This document shows positions 26,148 to 32,000 of a DNA stretch of 32,000 bases, one piece after another. A program made the translations under genes and the position numbers. Location: contig OX638319.1 of NCBI GenBank assembly GCA_951812655.1, forward strand, positions 1,185,620 to 1,217,619. Reading direction: 5' to 3'. Every line of letters begins with the position of its first letter. Position 1 is the first letter of the stretch. This stretch comes from an uncultured Candidatus Nitrosopumilus sp. GTDB lineage: Archaea; Thermoproteota; Nitrososphaeria; Nitrososphaerales; Nitrosopumilaceae. Below the pieces are notes generated by a model that worked only from the letters and a program-made list of their open reading frames with translations, did no database searches and was not told the DNA's origin.

Positions 26148-26184
26148 TTGGCACTATGAATGATAATAGGCATTAGTTAAATAT
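26148..26184 (+). promoter_or_regulatory. motif-B promoter of the B12-binding gene
   Basis: TTTGGCACTAT - 19 nt (ending TAGGCATTAG) - TTAAATAT - 20 nt - ATG 26205. The 9-mer TTGGCACTA (26148-26156) spans -57..-49. Confidence 0.6.
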
Positions 26185-26204
26185 TTCACTTCTTAATCAA
26201 AATC

Positions 26205-27053
26205 ATGGTATACATACGTACAAAGAAAGTAAAGGGCGTTCAGTACCTGTATCTTGTTAAGAGCGTATGGGATCCAAAAAATAAGACATCTAAACAAGAG
26301 ATAGTAAAATATCTTGGAAAGGCAGCGGATGTAGTCAAGGATGATATTCCTGTTGAGTATAGGGATAATCCAAAAATTCTATCGGTTCTGGCAGCCCAAA
26401 ATCCTGAGGACATCAAAAGAAGAGAGGAGGCGTCTGAAAAATCCAGGAAACTCCTTTACAAAAAATTGACAGATGGCGACATTAACATCTGTGTTAAGAT
26501 TTACGATGAATACGTAAAGATTTTCAATACCACAGATTTTTTTGATAAAATTTTGAAACCAGTGATGTACCGAATAGGTGACGAGTGGGCTAATAATAAA
26601 ATCAGCATAGCAACAGAGCACGTTGCAAGCAATGTTGCTCAAACGCTGGTCAAAATCATCATGGATAAAGAGACCGTTAATGCCAACAAAAAGAAAGTTC
26701 TTTTGTGTGTACCACTTGGCGAAGAACATCATCTTGGATGCGATGTGATCGAGACGTTTCTTACTGGCAAAGGTTACAAAGTATTCAACATGGCTACATC
26801 CATCCCATCAGATTCGATATTGTATTTCATAGAGCACAATGAGCCCGATGTCGTAATGGTTTCAATCACGTTAGATGACAATCTGAAAACTGGTCAGCGC
26901 TTGATAAAAAAGATCAAAGATAGTTTTGACGTTCCGATACTTGTAGGGGGATTTGCATTGGAACAAGAAAAGATACCCAATTTTGACGCAAAAGTCATTG
27001 TTAATCTTGCACTCAATGAACTGCCAAAAATAATACGAACAGCAATCAGCTAG
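26205..27053 (+). CDS. CarH/LitR-type cobalamin-binding photoreceptor-like protein with non-MerR N-terminal module
   Basis: Helical-bundle signature W128-x9-E138-H139 (WANNKISIATEH, codons 26586-26621). Rossmann B12 motif E173-x-H175-x-x-G178 (EEHHLG), then 41 residues to SITL and a later VGG. The N-terminal 40 aa (VYIRTKKVKGVQYLYLVKSVWDPKNKTSKQEIVKYLGK) is not a MerR HTH. Confidence 0.75.
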   Translation: MVYIRTKKVKGVQYLYLVKSVWDPKNKTSKQEIVKYLGKAADVVKDDIPVEYRDNPKILSVLAAQNPEDIKRREEASEKSRKLLYKKLTDGDINICVKIYDEYVKIFNTTDFFDKILKPVMYRIGDEWANNKISIATEHVASNVAQTLVKIIMDKETVNANKKKVLLCVPLGEEHHLGCDVIETFLTGKGYKVFNMATSIPSDSILYFIEHNEPDVVMVSITLDDNLKTGQRLIKKIKDSFDVPILVGGFALEQEKIPNFDAKVIVNLALNELPKIIRTAIS

Positions 27054-28383
27054 AATTTTGTAAAAATTTTTCTATCTTTGGATGGCATAGAATTGAACTA
27101 TGCGCTGCAGAGTCTGTACCTATTCCGTAACTGATGGTAGAATCTCCTACAAAGAAAAGTCCCTCGACATGTGATATCTGATGGGGCATCTTTGACTTCC
27201 AAACCATGCCTGGCTCTTTAACTACCGATTCTACCAATTTCCAGGCCATTGGCCTTTCCCAAAGCAATGATTTTTCAAAATCAGGGTATATTGAACTCAG
27301 CTCGTTTTTCATATTTTCTACAATCTGTTTGATTTTTTTTTGATTTTCAGCTTCTTCAGGGAGAACGGGCGTTCCGGCAATCATGAGATGTTCCCAAGGG
27401 GGACATACAGAGGGAGTTATGTTTGAAATGAAGAAAAAACCCTTGGTGGTGAAATCTCCCACTGGAAAAACTATCTGTTTGGAATCTATTTTTCTATTTA
27501 GGGCGAAATGTACTTCAACAACAGCTGTTGTTTTATCAAGGCAATTGACTTTTTTAATAAATTCTTGATCAAACACATCGTCCTCAAACAGATTGTTAAT
27601 TGCTTGATATGCTGGAAGTGATATCACCACGCATTTAGAATGATGAAACGTTCCATCCTGTGTTATTATGCCCTCAACTTTGGAATCTTTTATGATGATT
27701 CTTTTAATTTGCGAATTAAGGTGAATTTTTCCACGATTGTCTTCAACAAAACCCTGTAAGATTCTGGAAATTGCATCGTATCCACCATCAGAGGGATATG
27801 CAAATTCACTTGTTCCTCCTTTGAATGGGTTGGCACGTATCATAGTTCGAGCAAATTCTCCCAATGAAATGTGATCAGCTGTATCCGCAAATGCTAGCAT
27901 GCAAACCGCTTCAAAGAATGCATTTGTATTCACATCCAGCTTTTTTGTTATCTCTGTCAATGACAGATTGTCCCATTCTTCGGTTTTTTTCATTGATGTA
28001 AATGCCATGGGTAGTAGTATTCTGAGCAGTTTGACTCGACTTGAAAATGGAATTAACGTTAGTTGGAGTAGGTCCGATATGCCCTTTGGATATTTGTGAA
28101 ATCCTGAATCTGAATAAAACGCTATGTTGTCCACTTTGGCAAGATTGAGATTTGCCTCTATGTTGAGTTTCTTTAGAATTTCAAATATTGCAGATTTTTT
28201 GTAAAAAGGCATGATGTGGAATCCGTTGTCTAATATGTGGTTTTTGAAGGTCGTTGAGGCCGTTCTTCCCCCTACTTTCCCCATTTTTTCAAAAATTTCC
28301 ACTGGATGGCCGTTTTTTGCAAGTAGAGATCCAATGGTTAGTCCTCCAACTCCTGCTCCGATGACATGAATTCTGTTTCTCAT
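27046..28383 (-). CDS. FAD-dependent oxidoreductase of the phytoene desaturase (CrtI/CrtD-like) family
   Basis: N-terminal dinucleotide fold IHVIGAGVGGLTIGSLLAKNGHPVEIFEKMGKVGGR and C-terminal FFVGDSTISYGIGTDSAAHSS. Its 3' end overlaps the convergent B12-binding gene by 8 nt. Confidence 0.8.
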   Translation of the reverse strand: MRNRIHVIGAGVGGLTIGSLLAKNGHPVEIFEKMGKVGGRTASTTFKNHILDNGFHIMPFYKKSAIFEILKKLNIEANLNLAKVDNIAFYSDSGFHKYPKGISDLLQLTLIPFSSRVKLLRILLPMAFTSMKKTEEWDNLSLTEITKKLDVNTNAFFEAVCMLAFADTADHISLGEFARTMIRANPFKGGTSEFAYPSDGGYDAISRILQGFVEDNRGKIHLNSQIKRIIIKDSKVEGIITQDGTFHHSKCVVISLPAYQAINNLFEDDVFDQEFIKKVNCLDKTTAVVEVHFALNRKIDSKQIVFPVGDFTTKGFFFISNITPSVCPPWEHLMIAGTPVLPEEAENQKKIKQIVENMKNELSSIYPDFEKSLLWERPMAWKLVESVVKEPGMVWKSKMPHQISHVEGLFFVGDSTISYGIGTDSAAHSSILCHPKIEKFLQNSS

Positions 28384-28403
28384 GAAGATTTTGTCCCAAA
28401 TTT

Positions 28404-28440
28404 GTATTTAACATCGTGCTAACTCTCTACATAGTGCTAA
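28404..28440 (-). promoter_or_regulatory. motif-B promoter of the CrtI-like gene
   Basis: Gene direction reads GTTAGCACTAT - 19 nt (ending GTTAGCACGATG) - TTAAATAC - 20 nt - ATG 28383. The 9-mer at 28432-28440 spans -57..-49. Confidence 0.6.
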
Positions 28441-28444
28441 CTAT

Positions 28445-28882
28445 CTATTTATCTGCATTTTCAATGAATTTTTCTGACAAGGCAAGAAACTCTTCCATAA
28501 CGTTTGACATGTGACGCTTAAGAATAAATCCAAACGGTAGAAACATCTTTGCAATTCCGTTTAGTTTAATTGAAACATCTATTGCTATGTCGGTTCCACC
28601 ATTTGTTTCAAAGTAATGTTCAACAAACATCGTTCCTCTCATCATTCCAGAAAGAATGTGGACTTCGTGAACGTCTGGACGCAATATTATGTGTTTGACT
28701 TGGACATTTAAAAAATATATTTTTTCATCAACAAGTATTTCATTTTTGAGTCTTTTCTGTATCTTCAAACTTTTGAAATGTTTTGGCATTATCTTGGAAA
28801 AATTTTCAATGTCTATGCTAATGGAAAAAAGTATGTCTCTTTTTATCTTGGATTTTTTCTTAAGTCTAAAATGTATCATCAT
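28445..28882 (-). CDS. SRPBCC (START/polyketide-cyclase-like) superfamily candidate
   Basis: 145 aa. The beta-rich core plus a long C-terminal helix (HMSNVMEEFLALSEKFIENA) resembles Polyketide_cyc2-type proteins. The assignment is tentative. Confidence 0.45.
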   Translation of the reverse strand: MMIHFRLKKKSKIKRDILFSISIDIENFSKIMPKHFKSLKIQKRLKNEILVDEKIYFLNVQVKHIILRPDVHEVHILSGMMRGTMFVEHYFETNGGTDIAIDVSIKLNGIAKMFLPFGFILKRHMSNVMEEFLALSEKFIENADK

Positions 28883-28933
28883 AGATCAAGATTTTAAAAT
28901 TTGCAAACCACAATATTCATACCCGCCACAACT

Positions 28934-28970
28934 GTATATTAAAAATTAAAATTGATTTAGATAGTGCCAA
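28934..28970 (-). promoter_or_regulatory. motif-B promoter-like element upstream of the SRPBCC gene
   Basis: Gene direction reads GTTGGCACTAT - 19 nt - TAATATAC, then 51 nt to ATG 28882, implying a leader of about 31 nt. Confidence 0.4.
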
Positions 28971-29023
28971 CAAAAAAATATTTCATGCCACTTATGATTA
29001 TAAACAATTGGATTGTGAAATAT

Positions 29024-29060
29024 TTACCACTAGAATATTTTTTTATTCCGCTTTAAATAA
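29024..29060 (+). promoter_or_regulatory. motif-B promoter of the uORF-TFB-Zn-ribbon operon
   Basis: TTTACCACTAG - 19 nt - TTAAATAA - 20 nt - ATG 29081. The 9-mer TTACCACTA (29024-29032) spans -57..-49. Confidence 0.55.
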
Positions 29061-29080
29061 TTTATTTTCTAATTTACTAT

Positions 29081-29191
29081 ATGCCACTATGGCCTCTTAA
29101 TAAAAACATCTGGCAAAATCACATGATGTTGATTTCTTTCACAAAACAGATGATGGAAACTTACAGTTTTGGAGTCGAAAATAAAAAATGA
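29081..29191 (+). CDS. 36-codon leaderless upstream ORF coupled to TFB
   Basis: MPLWPLNKNIWQNHMMLISFTKQMMETYSFGVENKK. Its ATG sits 20 nt after the TATA box, as at the sibling promoters. Its TGA (29189-29191) overlaps the TFB ATG (ATGA). No family recognised; it may only mark the transcription start. Confidence 0.3.
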   Translation: MPLWPLNKNIWQNHMMLISFTKQMMETYSFGVENKK

Positions 29192-30090
29192 ATGATGTTG
29201 TACATTTGAGAAATTGTAAAAAAATTTCACTAATCACTGATCTTATTACTGGTGAAATTGCGTGCAGTCATTGTGGCGCGGTTGTCTCAGAAAAATCTGT
29301 AGCTGAAAGTTCCGATTCTTCGTTTGCTTCAGGCGAGGAATACATGAGCAATTCCAGGACAGGTCAGAAAATCTCTCTGAAAATGGCAGACATGGGACTC
29401 TCAACAGTCATCGAATCCAAAGATCGTGATTCTACAGGAAGATCCCTGTCTGCTGAGAATAGAAGGATGTTTTATCGTCTGAGAATGTGGGACAGAAACA
29501 GCAGGTTTGCAAACACCAGTCAATCGTATGTGAGGGCATTTACCTTGTTAGACGGTTTGAAGTCTAAACTGGGTCTTTCTGATAATGTTGTAGAGCAAAC
29601 GGCATATCTTTTCAGGAAGATTACGATAAAAAAAATTCTTGCAGGTAGATCTACTGTTGGAATGCTGTGTGCTACCACATACATCGCATGCAGGATGACT
29701 AACACTCCTAGAACTATTCAGGATGTGGCAAGTGCTGGTAACATAAAAAGAAAACAACTTCAAAGCATCTACAGATTTCTTTTGCAGGAACTGGAAATAT
29801 ATCCTGAATCTTACAGTCCTACTGAATTTGTAACAAGAATTTCTAACGAGTCAAATGTTTCGGAAAAAACAAGACGATATGCAATTAGTATTCTGCTCAA
29901 ATCTGAAAAGATTGGCCTCACAACTAGTAAAAATCCCATGGCAATGGCAGCAGCAGCCCTTTACCTTTCATCTTTGAAGCATAAAGAGAAAATTTCACAA
30001 ACAAAAATTTCCAGGATTTCGGGTATCAGTTCTGTAACTATTCGTGATAGATCTGGTGAGATTAGGCAAAAACTGGGAGGTGAGATATAA
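29188..30090 (+). CDS. tfb: transcription initiation factor B (TFIIB homologue) paralogue with degenerate Zn ribbon
   Basis: The N-terminal ribbon-like segment NCKKISLITDLITGEIACSHCGAVV has only 3 Cys (C-x2-I...C-x2-C). It is followed by B-reader/linker regions and two cyclin-fold repeats (…LCATTYIACRMTNTPRTIQDVA…, …AAAALYLSSLKHKEKISQTKISRISGISSVTIRDR…). Confidence 0.9.
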   Translation: MNDVVHLRNCKKISLITDLITGEIACSHCGAVVSEKSVAESSDSSFASGEEYMSNSRTGQKISLKMADMGLSTVIESKDRDSTGRSLSAENRRMFYRLRMWDRNSRFANTSQSYVRAFTLLDGLKSKLGLSDNVVEQTAYLFRKITIKKILAGRSTVGMLCATTYIACRMTNTPRTIQDVASAGNIKRKQLQSIYRFLLQELEIYPESYSPTEFVTRISNESNVSEKTRRYAISILLKSEKIGLTTSKNPMAMAAAALYLSSLKHKEKISQTKISRISGISSVTIRDRSGEIRQKLGGEI

Positions 30091-30326
30091 TGGGAAGAAC
30101 TTGTAAAGGTCTTTGCCTGAGATACAAGGCAGAGCCTGTATCAAACAAAATAAGATATGAGATTGGACAAAAACACTGCACTTTTTGTGGTCTGTTCCTG
30201 AAACTTGATGAAACTCGATGTATTTGTTGTAAGGCAGTATTGAGAACAAAATCTAGGAGTAAGAAAAAGAATCGTGAATTATCAATACCGCTTATCAACA
30301 TTGATCATAAAATTCATTCGCTCTAA
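30090..30326 (+). CDS. small Cys-rich zinc-ribbon-like protein (78 aa)
   Basis: Cys pairs C5/C9, C30/C33 and C44/C46/C47, with a basic tail. Its ATG overlaps the TFB stop by 1 nt (TAATG). Confidence 0.5.
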   Translation: MGRTCKGLCLRYKAEPVSNKIRYEIGQKHCTFCGLFLKLDETRCICCKAVLRTKSRSKKKNRELSIPLINIDHKIHSL

Positions 30327-30443
30327 TCGTGGGTTCATTATGTATTTCTCAAATATCTGAACTCGTCAATAATCACTCTGTTTTTCATAGTTCGATATTT
30401 GTAGTGTGTCTAACATTGATTCATGCAGGGAATTTTTTATCTG

Positions 30444-30632
30444 TCAGTAGCCCCATTTTCTCTCTAGCTGCTTGCCTCCACACGAGCATTCGTTAGATTC
30501 TTTCCAATGCTCATCGCAAAATCTGGTAGAGCAATGAGGACATCGATGGGTCGCCAATTTGACCTTTTGTTGGTACTTTTTGGGCAATCCTGTATTTTCT
30601 CCCATGCAAAATTCACAGTACTTTCCCATCAT
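30444..30632 (-). CDS. AN1-like zinc-finger protein (62 aa)
   Basis: C-x2-C-x20-C-x2-C-x4-C-x2-H-x6-C-x-C spacing (CEFC...CPHCSTRFCDEHWKESNECSC) resembles AN1-type fingers. Confidence 0.5.
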   Translation of the reverse strand: MMGKYCEFCMGENTGLPKKYQQKVKLATHRCPHCSTRFCDEHWKESNECSCGGKQLERKWGY

Positions 30633-30651
30633 ACACCACCTTGTCTATGTG

Positions 30652-30846
30652 TCATCTCTCTGACGGTGCCTTACTACATTCCACATTGGATAATATTTTA
30701 CATGTGACAAATTTTACTGGAAACACTGTTGCCAAAAAAAAATCCAGCAATTTCAATCTCTTGTCTATGGTCATATTAGATTCTACATTCTTCAGATAGG
30801 GTGCTTGTTTATTCATTTTTTTGTTCCTTCTATTATGAATGCACAA
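30652..30846 (-). CDS. hypothetical protein (64 aa or shorter)
   Basis: ORF only, with no recognised features. ATG 30816 is an alternative start. Confidence 0.25.
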   Translation of the reverse strand: MCIHNRRNKKMNKQAPYLKNVESNMTIDKRLKLLDFFLATVFPVKFVTCKILSNVECSKAPSER

Positions 30847-30913
30847 ACAAAATTCGTTGATATTTTTGGCAATTTTTAATTCATTCCTAATGCAGCTTTG
30901 CGTTGTCTGCCGA

Positions 30914-31117
30914 CTAATCAGTTACATCTATTTTTTTGTTATAATCTTCAATCTCTTTGTTATACACATCGATTTTTGCATTTTCTTCATATATCACTTG
31001 ATCAAAAAGTTCAGGATGCTCTTTTTGGACTTTCTTCATAAGCTCTTTAAATGAATCTGGGTCGTCTTTTTGGAGATCTATCAATAATCTGCCTATGGAC
31101 TCATCAAGGTTGCTCAT
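30914..31117 (-). CDS. small acidic helical hypothetical protein (67 aa)
   Basis: Clean ORF, Asp/Glu/Lys-rich, no family recognised. Confidence 0.4.
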   Translation of the reverse strand: MSNLDESIGRLLIDLQKDDPDSFKELMKKVQKEHPELFDQVIYEENAKIDVYNKEIEDYNKKIDVTD

Positions 31118-31184
31118 TTGCTATGCTATGTATCTGGGTCTTTTCAACATTTCTTCGTTAATCTGCTACCAGCAGTTAAATTCC

Positions 31185-32000
31185 ATGATGTTCAAATACA
31201 ACTGTTTGAAATTTCTTACTAGTGGGAAAGTAAAGGATCTTTACGATATGGATCAGGAACATCTGAAATTCCATTTTTCCGATCGTGTGTCTGCTTTTGA
31301 TGTGAAGTTTCATCAAGATATTCCTCGAAAGGGTGAGATATTGTGTAAGTTTGCAGAGTTTTGGTTCAACCAATTGTCTGTGACTAATCATTTTGTGAGA
31401 CGTATGTCTGACAACGAGATGATTGTGAAAAAGATGAGCATGATACCTATGGAATGTGTTGTCAGGGGATTCTTCTATGGGAGTATGATTGGAAGGTGGA
31501 AGAAAGGCGAAGTTACTCTTCCAGATGGAACTGACACTACGATGGCTGCAAAGCTTCCAATTCCTGTATTTGATCCTACTACAAAATCTGAACACGATGT
31601 CCCCGTTGACAAATCTACTGCGTTGAAGATGAATTTGGTTAGCGAGGAACAGTATGATTGGCTGGAAGTAACATCCATTGAAATCTATAAAAAAATGGCA
31701 AAGATTGCAGATGATGCAGGATTCATTCTTGCAGATTTAAAATTGGAATTTGGTATTTTGGACGGAGTCATCACTTTGGGAGATTCTATAGGACCTGATG
31801 AATACAGACTATGGCCAAAGTCCTCTTACAAGGTCGGCAAGATCCAGGATGCATATGATAAGCAATTGCTGCGTGACTGGTTGGTCGCAAATGGATTTCA
31901 AAAACAATTTGATAATGCTCGAAATTCTGGAAAAGAACCGATAGCACCTCAAATTCCTGAAGACATAATCTCAAAGATGACTCAAAGATATGTTGCCGCA
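31185..32000 (+). CDS. purC: phosphoribosylaminoimidazole-succinocarboxamide (SAICAR) synthase, 3'-truncated by the window end
   Basis: The open frame running off the window is absent from the ORF track. It reads GKVKDLYD...FHFSDRVSAFD...ECVVRGF...DLKLEFG...LGDSIGPDEYRLW...DKQLLRDW, typical of PurC. The start may be TTG 31206, which is 22 nt after TTAAATTC (31176-31183), rather than ATG 31185. Confidence 0.9.
   Translation, partial: MMFKYNCLKFLTSGKVKDLYDMDQEHLKFHFSDRVSAFDVKFHQDIPRKGEILCKFAEFWFNQLSVTNHFVRRMSDNEMIVKKMSMIPMECVVRGFFYGSMIGRWKKGEVTLPDGTDTTMAAKLPIPVFDPTTKSEHDVPVDKSTALKMNLVSEEQYDWLEVTSIEIYKKMAKIADDAGFILADLKLEFGILDGVITLGDSIGPDEYRLWPKSSYKVGKIQDAYDKQLLRDWLVANGFQKQFDNARNSGKEPIAPQIPEDIISKMTQRYVAA

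Noticed and set aside
31176-31974. Minus-strand ORFs of 139, 67 and 62 aa
   Set aside because: They are antisense to the open purC frame, which runs off the window and was therefore missing from the track.

Overview
AT-rich archaeal window. TFB, a PEFG-CTERM sorting signal, TATA boxes about 20 nt upstream of start codons (suggesting leaderless mRNAs) and many small sensor proteins make a marine Nitrosopumilus-like ammonia-oxidising thaumarchaeon the most likely source; that is inference only. All analysis was hand translation and by-eye alignment. No rRNA, tRNA, CRISPR array or transposase/integrase was seen. Block 1 (about 1.8-12.3 kb) packs six UspA-type genes (one frameshifted), four CBS-domain genes (one frameshifted), a P-II-like protein, a VIT1/CCC1 transporter and an HPF/RaiA-like protein. 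Several sit as divergent pairs around about 105-115 bp control regions that carry a GATTTTCA element. Block 2 (12.3-20 kb) holds a heavily decayed plastocyanin-like pseudogene, a wHTH regulator, a membrane-anchored clan GH-A glycoside hydrolase with a perfect 21-bp x4 repeat, purF, DUF427 and a DUF1059-SDR operon. Block 3 (20-30.3 kb) is the most interesting. It encodes a protein with the CarH-type AdoCbl-photoreceptor signatures (W-x9-E-H plus E-x-H-x-x-G) but a non-MerR N-terminus. It lies beside DUF1722, a CrtI-like desaturase, an SRPBCC protein, two secreted repeat proteins and a TFB paralogue. Seven promoters there share a TTRSCACTA element in a fixed register: 18-19 nt before the TATA box, and its last base at -49 from the start codon in five of the seven. 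I propose an undescribed cobalamin- or light-linked regulon. The window ends in a partial purC.
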